IMG/VR virus record: IMGVR_UViG_3300044797_000098
Location: 310,001-374,000 of that record
Strand: one strand, 5' to 3'
Length of the DNA: 64,000 nucleotides
Within the stretch, counting starts at the first letter, position 1. Every line of letters begins with the position of its first letter. A program made the translations under genes and the position numbers. A model generated the notes under the pieces. That model saw nothing but the letters and a program-made list of their open reading frames with translations, was not told where the DNA came from and made no database searches. This document shows, in pieces, positions 19,426 to 28,646 of the stretch.

Positions 19426-19701
19426 TCATATCAATACCATCAACTTATCTATTTTTTCAATTAGGTGAGGGCGGTCAATTTTAATTGCATTGTATAAAAA
19501 ATATAATAACTCACTATGAATACCAAGTGATTTTAGTTCATCAAAATAACATTTCATTATTTCCGCATCTCTAAAAGATTTAATATATTCTCTCTGACCT
19601 TTAAAATAACATCCTTCATATTCATCTGAACCATAATTTTCGCACGCGAGACATATATCTAATCCTGATTCAACGCAGTCTTCTATTGCTATAAAACTCA
19701 A
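19426..19701 (-). CDS. Small protein, family D, tag DKLMVLI
   Basis: Cys-rich start; RPHLIEKIDKLMVLI. Confidence 0.75.
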   Translation of the reverse strand: MSFIAIEDCVESGLDICLACENYGSDEYEGCYFKGQREYIKSFRDAEIMKCYFDELKSLGIHSELLYFLYNAIKIDRPHLIEKIDKLMVLI

Positions 19702-20045
19702 AACAACACCATCAATTTATCAAAACGCTTTATGAAAGTATCCTTATCAAAATTATCTAATGAATAGATTGTATTCTGTTTTGTTGTGTGTATGAAACGA
19801 TTTTCTTTTGTCATTGCGAAGAATGTATTCTCATCATCATAATTTACATCAACAACATATCCAATATCATTTACAACATTATACACCATAACTTCTTCCG
19901 AAAACAATGCTCCATTATCTTTTATGATGATTGAATAATTGTGATCTGCTGGAAGAATGAAAATATCATTTCCAGCGCAAGACATTAGATTTTTTGACAA
20001 TGCTGATAGTTCTTTATTACATACCTTGCAGGTATATGTTTTCAT
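19698..20045 (-). CDS. Small Zn-ribbon protein, family C, tag DKLMVLF
   Basis: CKVC...C. Confidence 0.7.
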   Translation of the reverse strand: MKTYTCKVCNKELSALSKNLMSCAGNDIFILPADHNYSIIIKDNGALFSEEVMVYNVVNDIGYVVDVNYDDENTFFAMTKENRFIHTTKQNTIYSLDNFDKDTFIKRFDKLMVLF

Positions 20046-20176
20046 ATAAGTAATAGATATTTTTCTAATTGTTCAGATGTAAATTGCGTCCTATGGATGA
20101 AGTTATATATTTCAATAAAATCATTCAGTGATGTTATGATGCTTGTTGCTTTATATGTTTCCAATAAATGTTTCAT
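20042..20176 (-). CDS. 44-aa protein (not in track), duplicate of the 3' half of the next gene, tag EKYLLLI
   Basis: MKHLLETY...FIEIYNFIHRTQFTSEQLEKYLLLI; ATGA-coupled on both sides. Confidence 0.65.
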   Translation of the reverse strand: MKHLLETYKATSIITSLNDFIEIYNFIHRTQFTSEQLEKYLLLI

Positions 20177-20397
20177 GTTAGTAATAGATATTTTTCCAAT
20201 TGTTCGACTGTAAAATGTGTATGACGAATAAAATTATATGTTTCAATAAATGTTTCTGTCTTAACGTATAAATGTTTTGATACAACATAAGTATCCACTA
20301 ATAATTTGATTTCGTGTTTTAGATTTGTCATATCGTTGTTTAGATCTACACCTAATTCACCAGCAATAAACGCTATATATAATGCCACAAAATACAT
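20173..20397 (-). CDS. Small protein, tag EKYLLLT
   Basis: FIETYNFIRHTHFTVEQLEKY. Confidence 0.7.
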   Translation of the reverse strand: MYFVALYIAFIAGELGVDLNNDMTNLKHEIKLLVDTYVVSKHLYVKTETFIETYNFIRHTHFTVEQLEKYLLLT

Positions 20398-20403
20398 TTA
20401 TTT

Positions 20404-21354
20404 TTATGGATTATCACCTAAATAATATGATTTTACAATTTCTGAAACAAACCTCATTGTATCTCGTGCTTCTGATATTTCAATATATTCGTTAGTCTGC
20501 GCTCCGCGCGAATTATGGTATCCGCATGTAAGATTAACTGCATTCTTTGCGTATCCATTCTTGTATAACGCATACACATCAGTGCTCAATCCGCATACAA
20601 TTTCTCGTGGCATTCCTAAATTAAAAGCAAGTTCGAGCATATGCACAACCTTTTCGTATGTGCATATTACTGTGTTGCTAATTTTTGGAACCAATTGATT
20701 GCTATGATTTCCACGATCGACCTGAACCAATAACTCAAACTCCTTCAATTTATCCATTTTGCAAGCACTTGCGCTTTGCAACCCAATCTCTTCATCGGTC
20801 GGGAAAAACAATCCCATATCATATCCAGTATTCAGCGCAATCCAAGTATTGATTGCGACACCAAGCCTGTCATCACCGCCAACTTGCAATTTGCAGTCTT
20901 TATCCTGAATAATTCTTCGTATCTCACCCTCGTGTTCAATCATTTTGATCACTGGTTCAACTTTTTGGCTGGACAATTGGCTTCGATTTTCAATCGTGCT
21001 TTCTTCCTTATCCGTTAGCCAAGAATACTCGCCAAGCATACTGTATCGACTACTCTCATGATCACGACAAACATCTGTATGTGCAACGAGGCAAACTTTC
21101 GGCTCGCCTCTAATTGCAAGCATATTATGCACCGTCGAATAACGCTTGTCTTTCTTTACGCGATCCGTCTGATACCCATCTTCGTAGATAGTGAAACCTG
21201 CTCGTCCAAGGACTTTATGTAGCCATTTTCTCAGCGTCCATTCATCTGATTTGCAGCATTGAATGATATGGTATTCAAACGCTGACATATCTTTTGATTT
21301 CATTTCTTCTTTAACAATTTGTTCAACTTGTTCGCTACCTGATGAATATGACAT
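20404..21354 (-). CDS. M20/M28/M42-clan zinc peptidase
   Basis: AHTD, GGDDRLG, DEEIG, QVDR, GYHN metal ligands. Confidence 0.85.
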   Translation of the reverse strand: MSYSSGSEQVEQIVKEEMKSKDMSAFEYHIIQCCKSDEWTLRKWLHKVLGRAGFTIYEDGYQTDRVKKDKRYSTVHNMLAIRGEPKVCLVAHTDVCRDHESSRYSMLGEYSWLTDKEESTIENRSQLSSQKVEPVIKMIEHEGEIRRIIQDKDCKLQVGGDDRLGVAINTWIALNTGYDMGLFFPTDEEIGLQSASACKMDKLKEFELLVQVDRGNHSNQLVPKISNTVICTYEKVVHMLELAFNLGMPREIVCGLSTDVYALYKNGYAKNAVNLTCGYHNSRGAQTNEYIEISEARDTMRFVSEIVKSYYLGDNP

Positions 21355-21430
21355 TTGTTTTTCTTAACTTTCTTCCCGCTTTGGGAATGGTTTTTCACGC
21401 TACCCAAAACACCTGTTCAGGGCAACCACT

Positions 21431-21459
21431 AATGTAAGGCTTCCGACGCACGAAGTCAA
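21431..21459 (-). promoter_or_regulatory. Sigma70-type promoter
   Basis: TTGACT-17 bp-TACATT. Confidence 0.75.
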
Positions 21460-21587
21460 GCCTACATCCACTTATACAATACTACATCAACTTTATGCAA
21501 TTCATTTGCAATAATCTCGAAGTTTTCGAGCATCTTATAGTAATGTTCCCAATTACCATTTGCTAAACCGCAACCTATGTATAATTT

Positions 21588-22310
21588 TTGCATAACGATA
21601 TGCAATACTTAATATATAAAATAACCAACACAATCAACAATAAAATATATATCGGGCAGACTAAAAATTTAAAAATGAGAATTGCAAGGCATAAATCCGA
21701 AGCATTAAAAATACATAACACTAAACCTTTATATAGAAGTATAAGAAAAAACGGATTTAAAACTTTTTTATTTTCTATAATAGAGGAATGTAGCAACGCT
21801 AATGTTGATGAACGAGAGATATTTTGGATTAATTATTATAAATCGACTAATAAAAAATATGGTTATAATCTTAGCACAGGCGGTAAAGGGTATGTTGGCA
21901 CAATAAAACCACGAATTTCACCAATGAAAGGCAAAAAACACTCGAAAAAAACTAAAAGAAAAATGTCCGAACAAAGAAAAGGATCTAAAAATCCATTTTA
22001 TGGAAAAACACACACACAAGAAGTGAAAGAAAAATTATCAAAAAATCCTAATAGGAAACATTTTGGAGAGGAAAATCCATTTTACGGTAAAAAACATTCG
22101 AAAAAAACAAAAAATGCTATATCGAAAATGGCATCAAAAAGAGTGGGTGAAAAAAATCCATTCGCAAAATTAAATGCAGTCACCGTATTAGAGATACGGG
22201 AAAAATTTAAAAATAATAAAATATATATGGCCCAGTTAGCAATAGATTATAATATCAGTGAAACAACCGTGGCTAACATAATCAAAAGACGAACTTGGAA
22301 ACATATATAA
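21588..22310 (+). CDS. GIY-YIG homing endonuclease with NUMOD3 repeats and C-terminal HTH
   Basis: LIYKITN..NNKIYIGQT..R; GYN; repeated NPFYGKKHS. Confidence 0.9.
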   Translation: MHNDMQYLIYKITNTINNKIYIGQTKNLKMRIARHKSEALKIHNTKPLYRSIRKNGFKTFLFSIIEECSNANVDEREIFWINYYKSTNKKYGYNLSTGGKGYVGTIKPRISPMKGKKHSKKTKRKMSEQRKGSKNPFYGKTHTQEVKEKLSKNPNRKHFGEENPFYGKKHSKKTKNAISKMASKRVGEKNPFAKLNAVTVLEIREKFKNNKIYMAQLAIDYNISETTVANIIKRRTWKHI

Positions 22311-22312
22311 AA

Positions 22313-22777
22313 TTATAATTTATAAATAACAACATTTGTTTTTTGTTTATCATAAACAATTTGATCAAACCATTCTAACATTTTATAGTATTTTCCCCAG
22401 TTTCCAGCAGAAAGTCCACAACCTATACGGAACGGGAATGCTATGCTTTCCAAGTTTTCAATCTTTGCAATCTGACGAAGACATTGCCAAAAATATCCTT
22501 CTCTAACAATTGAACTATCAATCAATGATTTTTCATTGGATCGTCCGGGGTAATATTGGGCTAATAATCCTATTACATTGCCTCTAATAACTATATGTCC
22601 GGGCAAGTCATCACCTTTTGCGACATAAGGATATGGTCGATGCGAGTATATATTTGACTGTGGAAAGCGGTCGAATAAACTCTTCGCCAATCCTAATGCT
22701 CCTCGTGAAACACAATTACATTGATGTCCAATAAATTGTTCTTTTGCGTCCAGTATATTGCCATTGATTGTTTTCAT
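22313..22777 (-). CDS. Macro domain protein (ADP-ribose hydrolase-like)
   Basis: GNIL..IGHQCNC...GLAK; FPFRIGCGLSAGNW. Confidence 0.85.
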   Translation of the reverse strand: MKTINGNILDAKEQFIGHQCNCVSRGALGLAKSLFDRFPQSNIYSHRPYPYVAKGDDLPGHIVIRGNVIGLLAQYYPGRSNEKSLIDSSIVREGYFWQCLRQIAKIENLESIAFPFRIGCGLSAGNWGKYYKMLEWFDQIVYDKQKTNVVIYKL

Positions 22778-22784
22778 TTTATAC

Positions 22785-23057
22785 CTATACTAAAATTAAA
22801 TACCTCTCTAATTTATCCGTATTTATTCCCAAGTCTTCATTTATATATTTTAACATATGTGGAATATTTCCTTCTTTGCAATAATTAATAAAACAACGAG
22901 CAAAATTACTCCACACATCCAATTCTCTTTTAGAATAAACTTCAATCATTGCTTCCCATATAGAACTTACACGTCTACTATCTACATGCTCTACAAAATC
23001 ATCATCTATTATCGTAAATAATTTATCATACGGATCATGTGAAAAAGACTTGAACAT
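22785..23057 (-). CDS. Small protein, family B, tag ERYLILV
   Basis: IIDDDFVE..IWEAMIEVYSKRELDVWSN. Confidence 0.78.
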   Translation of the reverse strand: MFKSFSHDPYDKLFTIIDDDFVEHVDSRRVSSIWEAMIEVYSKRELDVWSNFARCFINYCKEGNIPHMLKYINEDLGINTDKLERYLILV

Positions 23058-23062
23058 TTTAT

Positions 23063-23395
23063 TTATACCAACATTAAATATTTTTCAACTTCATCAATGT
23101 TTATATTTAAATCTGAATAATGTTTATCAGTGGCAAGCATACGGATCATATCTTCATATATTGAAAATTTATTTTCAATACAATATTTTTTTAACGCAAT
23201 TGCTAAGTTTCCATATACGTTTAATTCTTTTTTAGAATAAACATGAAAAATAGCGTGCCATATTGAATACCCTTCCCAATCATCAGTAAAATCTGAATCA
23301 GTTATTACATAATGATACGGGGCAATATATAATGGATCGTCCTCATCAGAATATGATATTCCATCAATATATTTGGATTCGAATTTAATAAACAT
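23063..23395 (-). CDS. Small protein, family B, tag EKYLMLV
   Basis: ITDSDFTD..IWHAIFHVYSKKELNVYGN. Confidence 0.78.
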   Translation of the reverse strand: MFIKFESKYIDGISYSDEDDPLYIAPYHYVITDSDFTDDWEGYSIWHAIFHVYSKKELNVYGNLAIALKKYCIENKFSIYEDMIRMLATDKHYSDLNINIDEVEKYLMLV

Positions 23396-23673
23396 TATTC
23401 TCTAATCAATCTCTGTAAAACAATATCCACAATATAACTAACACTTGCCCCAGCCAATCCGAATAATATAAAATCGCGAAAACTAAATTGATCGAATGAT
23501 AGCAGATATACTAAATATCCTGCATGGAATCCAACACATGCGTAGCAAGAAAATAATTGGTAAAATAGTGGGTGCTGACGGATTAACCATATACGAGGCT
23601 TATCAAAAAGACTACTGTCTTTTATAATAAATGTCAATCCATAGAACGCGAATAAAATTATTACTATATTCAT
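23395..23673 (-). CDS. Small membrane protein (DUF1360-like)
   Basis: TM segments around LF..PR..L...CYAC.GF. Confidence 0.65.
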   Translation of the reverse strand: MNIVIILFAFYGLTFIIKDSSLFDKPRIWLIRQHPLFYQLFSCYACVGFHAGYLVYLLSFDQFSFRDFILFGLAGASVSYIVDIVLQRLIRE

Positions 23674-23675
23674 TT

Positions 23676-23891
23676 TTACATCAACACAAGTAAATGTTCC
23701 ACTTCTTCAAGTTTTATATTATGCAATTGTCTTCCGGTTCTAACAAGTCTATGTGCTTCAATCCATAAATCACCATTGAAAATTTCAATCAATGTTTTTA
23801 TTGGGAATAGGTATTCTTCATTTAGTCTCGCCGTAGTCCATACAAGATCAACAAAATCTAAAAACTCTTTGATTTCTTCTGGCGTGCTCAT
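23676..23891 (-). CDS. Small protein, tag EHLLVLM
   Basis: Tiling ORF. Confidence 0.65.
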   Translation of the reverse strand: MSTPEEIKEFLDFVDLVWTTARLNEEYLFPIKTLIEIFNGDLWIEAHRLVRTGRQLHNIKLEEVEHLLVLM

Positions 23892-24222
23892 ATTAGCATC
23901 AAGTATTTCTGCACATCGTCTGCATATTTTTTATATTTTACACAACGATCTATATTGAATTTAATTAAATCATTCATATTATTCATATGAGTTTTACAAA
24001 AATATCTAAACGCTCTTACTAAATTGGCACCAACATTTAGATTTCGTTTTTCATATACCTCTATAACCGCTTCGCCAATACCACCGCTCCCGACCCAATG
24101 AAGTATAATGTTTTCCACAAAATCTGTATCAATTATCGTATAACGAATACATTTATTTACCTCGTAAATGGAACGATCTGTATCATTATATTTATGTAGA
24201 TCATCAGCACGAAAAAGAACAT
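23888..24222 (-). pseudogene. Family B gene with a frameshift in a T5 run just after the ATG
   Basis: ATG at 24222 is out of frame with RADD...IIDTDFVE...YEKRNLNVGAN...QKYLMLI; no in-frame start upstream of the DTDF motif. Confidence 0.6.
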
Positions 24223-24231
24223 ATAAATACT

Positions 24232-24378
24232 AATGGGAAGTTCTCTTCAATAGAAATTAAATTAATTAGAAATGATTATGCTACTGGCAAATACACTTAT
24301 TCTGATTTAAACGAAAAATATAATACGACAAATGCATATAATATAGTTAATAAATTAGCCTATGCACATATAATATAA
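24232..24378 (+). pseudogene. Relic C-terminal HTH of a homing endonuclease
   Basis: Startless NGKFSSIEIKLIRNDY..YTYSDLNEKYN..IV...YAHII-stop, similar to the ends of 21588-22310 and 51508-51888. Confidence 0.6.
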
Positions 24379-25179
24379 CTATATATAAATGGTTTCATCT
24401 TCGGATATTTTATAGTATGATCCGCGACCAACACGACATTCTACATTACGTTTTATTGTTGTGCTTGGTGTATGTATGTGTCCCGTTAGCAGAATTAGAT
24501 TTCTCTTTTTATGTTTTTCCATAACCTTCTCTAACTCTTCTCCCAAAATTAGATTACAATTATATGGTTCCCAAAACTTTTCAGGCAACCAACCATCTGA
24601 TCTGTTCGCACTTCTGACCGTCGGGTAATGAGTTAAGCAAAATATTGTCTTATGTGTTTCGATTGCTTTTTCTAATTTTGCAACTGCTTTTTTAGCACTT
24701 TGTTCTGCCATACTTTGAAACATTTCAATTCTGTGTTTCATTGTTGGAAGATCTCTCAACTCTTTAATAAATATCCAATCCAATGTGTATGTTAGATATC
24801 GTGAATCACCTACCCTTGCATCATACCAGCCCTCCACTCCAATACAAGCAGTTTCTTCATTTAATGATATAACGCCCTCATCTTCCATCCATATGAGATT
24901 TTTATATTGTTTGCATAATTCTCTAACTTTTTTATATATTTCTTGGAAAGAAGAAAACCATATGCAATGATTTCCGAGATTAAAATAGAATGGGCAATTA
25001 ATATTTTTTCCAATATATTCAAGATCAGATATGGCTGTTAGCCCTGACTGAGATATATCCCCAGTATGAAAAACACCTTTTGAGGCTTCATCAAGAATGA
25101 TATTTAATACTTTACGCCTATCGAATGGCGTAGTAATATGTGTATCTGTTAACCATATGTATTTTGATTTTTGTTTCAT
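24379..25179 (-). CDS. Calcineurin-like metallophosphoesterase
   Basis: TDTH, TGDI, LGNH, THYP, GHIH. Confidence 0.88.
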   Translation of the reverse strand: MKQKSKYIWLTDTHITTPFDRRKVLNIILDEASKGVFHTGDISQSGLTAISDLEYIGKNINCPFYFNLGNHCIWFSSFQEIYKKVRELCKQYKNLIWMEDEGVISLNEETACIGVEGWYDARVGDSRYLTYTLDWIFIKELRDLPTMKHRIEMFQSMAEQSAKKAVAKLEKAIETHKTIFCLTHYPTVRSANRSDGWLPEKFWEPYNCNLILGEELEKVMEKHKKRNLILLTGHIHTPSTTIKRNVECRVGRGSYYKISEDETIYI

Positions 25180-25200
25180 ACAATTATTCCAATTTAGTAA

Positions 25201-25470
25201 TCACAACAACATCAACAATGCTTCTAATTGTTCTAATGTTATATCATAAGGAAACTTAATGTTTGTTGATATAAATCCTATATAATCTTCCCAGACTGTA
25301 CATCTATCATCAGCATACCAATATATAGTATATTTAGTGCCACCCAATCTTCTATGAATACATTCTGCGTTTTTGTTTATATAAATAAAATGAGTGATTT
25401 CGCAATTGACACAATACAGTCCGTTGTATTGCCAATCTTTATTGCATACTGGACAATTATGGAAAAACAT
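25201..25470 (-). CDS. Small Zn-ribbon protein, family C, tag EALLMLL
   Basis: CPVC...CVNC; start MFFHN. Confidence 0.7.
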   Translation of the reverse strand: MFFHNCPVCNKDWQYNGLYCVNCEITHFIYINKNAECIHRRLGGTKYTIYWYADDRCTVWEDYIGFISTNIKFPYDITLEQLEALLMLL

Positions 25471-25471
25471 T

Positions 25472-25756
25472 TTAGTATAATGCCCTATACTTCTCGCAAT
25501 AAAACATAGCCGTTTCATTAAGATTATTGGCTACACATATTCTATATTCTTTTTCCGATCCACCATATCGTCCAAGGATTATCATAATATCACATATTTT
25601 ACATTTTAAATCCATACGACATCGATATGAATCATTAAATGAATATTCGGTTTTATAATTGAGAACTAAACTGTGTCCATACTTCTGTAAAAATTCAATC
25701 GCTTCATTAGCGTCTTCTGTATATGGAATTGAAGCCCAAGTAATCATTTTGACCAA
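25472..25756 (-). CDS. Hypothetical Cys-containing protein
   Basis: CKIC; tiling. Confidence 0.6.
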   Translation of the reverse strand: MVKMITWASIPYTEDANEAIEFLQKYGHSLVLNYKTEYSFNDSYRCRMDLKCKICDIMIILGRYGGSEKEYRICVANNLNETAMFYCEKYRALY

Positions 25757-25953
25757 CCAATAATAACACCATCAATTATAATAAAATTATTATCAGAATG
25801 ATCGGATGGGTATGCGTAATCATGTTCGATTACTTCACCAAGTAAATTAATAAATTCATCATAACCAATGAGTATCTTTTTTGGCTTATTTCCAGTTCCA
25901 CTATGGAAGTTAGATATCATTGTGCGAATGGCGAGTAAGATTGTGTTGTTCAT
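25744..25953 (-). CDS. Hypothetical protein
   Basis: Tiling ORF. Confidence 0.55.
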   Translation of the reverse strand: MNNTILLAIRTMISNFHSGTGNKPKKILIGYDEFINLLGEVIEHDYAYPSDHSDNNFIIIDGVIIGWSK

Positions 25954-25994
25954 CTTTTATACCAATGTTTAATATTGGGCTGGAAACCGAATGG

Positions 25995-27875
25995 CTATTC
26001 CTCAATCATTGACATTAGTTCGTTTTCACTAATAATTTTAACACCAGCAGATCGTGCTTTATTTGTTTTCAATGATGTGCTGTCTTCCGAGGCGCATACT
26101 AAATGTGTGCTTGCTTTTCCAATTGTTTTAGCATATTTACCGCCAGCCTCTTCAATCATAATTGCAAGATCATCTCGTTTCACCGAAGTTTTTCCAGTTA
26201 TGGTTATAACAAACCCATTCAGTTTTCCAGTATTACTCATCGTCTTTACCTTTATTCCTAATTCTAATAACTCTTCAATAATTTTTCTATTCTTTTTTAA
26301 TCCATCAAAAAGATTTTTAGCCTTCACAACTCCAAGCCCTTTCACTGCTTGCAAGCAATTTTCAGGCGCGTTCATAATTTTGTCAAGCGTATCCAAACCA
26401 GCATTCATTACCATTTTAATCGAGGATTTTCCAACAATTGGAATGCTCAAACTTCCAAGGAATGTATCTAATGGTATTTCCGTAATGCTCCACAATGACT
26501 TATAAACATTCTCTGCCGACTTCTTGCCCATCCGTTCCAGCCCTGCCAAGTCGTCCAGCGTCAATTTATACAAGTCCGCGGGCGTGGCAACGAGACCTGC
26601 CTCGACCAACTTGTCAATCAATCCATCACCAACTTCCAAGACATTCAATCCGCTAATCCAATTAGATATACGACCTTTTATTTGGGCAGGGCAATTATCA
26701 ACATTCGTGCATTGAAGATTTTCACCATTCATTACCAAGTCGCCATTGCAAGTCGGGCAATGTTTTGGTGCTTTGAATACTGTTCCAGTTCCTTCAATCA
26801 CTTCTTTAACGCTTGGTATGACATCGTTATTTCTTGCAACAATTACTCTTGCTCCAATATCGATTTCCATAGTTTCAAGAAACGACATATTGTAGCAACT
26901 TGCGTTAGTAATTTTTGCACCAGCAAGTTCTACTTCATCGAAAACTGCTACCGGTGTTATACGACCCGAGTTCCCGCACTGTGGGCGAATGTCTCTAACT
27001 GTTGTTTCTGCTTCTTCGTTTTCAAACTTTGCTGCTATGGCTGCTTTTGGCTTGTTATTCGTCATACCATAACTATCAAACTTATCCATATTATTATTTG
27101 ATATAACCAATCCATCAAGATCATATGGTATAGTATCTCTTATCTCATTTTGAAAACGAGTGAAGTATGCATATGTATCTTTGGCAGTATCGAATAATGA
27201 ATAATCAGGGATATTAAATCCTAATTGTCTTAATCTAACAAACTGATCTACCAATGTTTTATTGTCGAGATCATCTGTCTGTATTTGATATGTTAGGATT
27301 TCTAAATACTTGCAGCCTTCACCGTCATAGGCTCTGGCAATACCACTTGCACTATTTCGTGCATTAGAATAATTTTGGAAGTATTTTTGGTGATTTTCTT
27401 TTGATAGGACTATTTCACCACGAACTGTTGCAGTAATTTTATTAGGAAGTGTTTTTGGAACACCTTGCATTTTTAATACATTGACCGTGATATCTTCTCC
27501 AATCCCTGACTTTCCTCCACGTGTTGCAGCAACAACTAATTTTCCGTCCTCATACACAAGACTTACACTCAATCCATCAATTTTCCAAGTCGTAAAAAAC
27601 TGTTCATCGGAACAATAATCATTAGCCCATTTCAAAAACTGCTGTTCTGTATTACATTTGTTCAATGAACCGAGCGGGGATTTATGTTGATACTTTTTCC
27701 ATTCACTAACTGGCTCTGCTCCAATATCAACTATCTCGTCATCATTTGGATCAAGTTTTTCAATTTCATCGTGAAGCGCATCGTATGTAGCATCTGAAAC
27801 AATCGGTTCATCGTTGTAATATGCAATACGATACTTACGAAGTAAGTCTTTCTTCGCTTTAATACTATCTGACAT
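25995..27875 (-). CDS. ligA: NAD-dependent DNA ligase
   Basis: YY...P.VSDA.YD, KIDGLS, RGEIV, N.RN.ASG, DGLV, Zn finger CPTC..C, HhH repeats, C-terminal BRCT. Confidence 0.97.
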   Translation of the reverse strand: MSDSIKAKKDLLRKYRIAYYNDEPIVSDATYDALHDEIEKLDPNDDEIVDIGAEPVSEWKKYQHKSPLGSLNKCNTEQQFLKWANDYCSDEQFFTTWKIDGLSVSLVYEDGKLVVAATRGGKSGIGEDITVNVLKMQGVPKTLPNKITATVRGEIVLSKENHQKYFQNYSNARNSASGIARAYDGEGCKYLEILTYQIQTDDLDNKTLVDQFVRLRQLGFNIPDYSLFDTAKDTYAYFTRFQNEIRDTIPYDLDGLVISNNNMDKFDSYGMTNNKPKAAIAAKFENEEAETTVRDIRPQCGNSGRITPVAVFDEVELAGAKITNASCYNMSFLETMEIDIGARVIVARNNDVIPSVKEVIEGTGTVFKAPKHCPTCNGDLVMNGENLQCTNVDNCPAQIKGRISNWISGLNVLEVGDGLIDKLVEAGLVATPADLYKLTLDDLAGLERMGKKSAENVYKSLWSITEIPLDTFLGSLSIPIVGKSSIKMVMNAGLDTLDKIMNAPENCLQAVKGLGVVKAKNLFDGLKKNRKIIEELLELGIKVKTMSNTGKLNGFVITITGKTSVKRDDLAIMIEEAGGKYAKTIGKASTHLVCASEDSTSLKTNKARSAGVKIISENELMSMIEE

Positions 27876-27896
27876 TTTGTCTTACTGCTTTCTAAA

Positions 27897-28301
27897 TTAT
27901 AGCAATCGTAATCGATTTATCGATTTACTAACACTACTTTTCAACATAGGCGATAGACTTGCGCAGGTTTCAGTTCCCGGTTCGAGTTTGCCGTTATCTT
28001 TCACAACAAAAAAATTATCTTTTCCGAACTCTGCCTTTAACTCTTCCCACTCTTTTTCGGTCGCCTTCAATATAATCTTGGTCGAGCCGTTTGTCAACCA
28101 GCGCGTAGTTAGTTCCGTATGATTTATTTCGTTTTGCGGAAGACAATGTAATTTTGCGTTTATTGCAAGGGCTTTAAAATAATGAATCAACGCATACTGA
28201 ATCGAATGACCTATCTGTTCCCCAGTCTTTCCGATGCTCATATTCAGTTCTTCTCTTACAATAACATACATAACCACTGGGTCGTAATTATTTTCAGGCA
28301 T
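27897..28301 (-). CDS. Peptidyl-tRNA hydrolase 2 (Pth2) family
   Basis: MYVIVR.EL.MS.GK...Q.GH, KIILK, V.D.G...PG..T. Confidence 0.8.
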   Translation of the reverse strand: MPENNYDPVVMYVIVREELNMSIGKTGEQIGHSIQYALIHYFKALAINAKLHCLPQNEINHTELTTRWLTNGSTKIILKATEKEWEELKAEFGKDNFFVVKDNGKLEPGTETCASLSPMLKSSVSKSINRLRLL

Positions 28302-28348
28302 TGTTTTCTACCTTCGTTTTTACATTCTATTCTTATGTGTTGGAATGC

Positions 28349-28645
28349 CTAAATTAGCATTAAATACTTTTCAATATCTTTTGCATACTTCTCATATAAT
28401 GGATTATATACTTTATTGTCTTCAATAATTTCTTCTATTGTAAGTTCATCATCGGGATAGGAACGTTCTTTTGCCCAATGTTTGAATGCTAATGCCATAT
28501 TAGCACCGACATTTAATCCTCTGTGTTCATATATACGAAACATTCCATACCATCCGCCAATCCCATTACCGGGATTTGGTATTCGACTATATTCTTCAAC
28601 AAAATCTGTATCTATAATACAACCATTATCCGTTTTTATGAACAT
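28349..28645 (-). CDS. Small protein, family B, tag EKYLMLI
   Basis: IIDTDFVE..YEHRGLNVGAN. Confidence 0.78.
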   Translation of the reverse strand: MFIKTDNGCIIDTDFVEEYSRIPNPGNGIGGWYGMFRIYEHRGLNVGANMALAFKHWAKERSYPDDELTIEEIIEDNKVYNPLYEKYAKDIEKYLMLI

Positions 28646-28646
28646 A

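Larger units (their letters stand above)
17791..19429 (-). pseudogene. Family D small gene split by the TnpB element (5' part 19398-19429, 3' part 17791-18019)
   Basis: Joining the parts gives in-frame MKCAGANIRL-S-CYGNRKAC...HLIEKLDKLMVLI; its ATG overlaps the upstream stop (ATGA 19426-19429). Confidence 0.85.
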
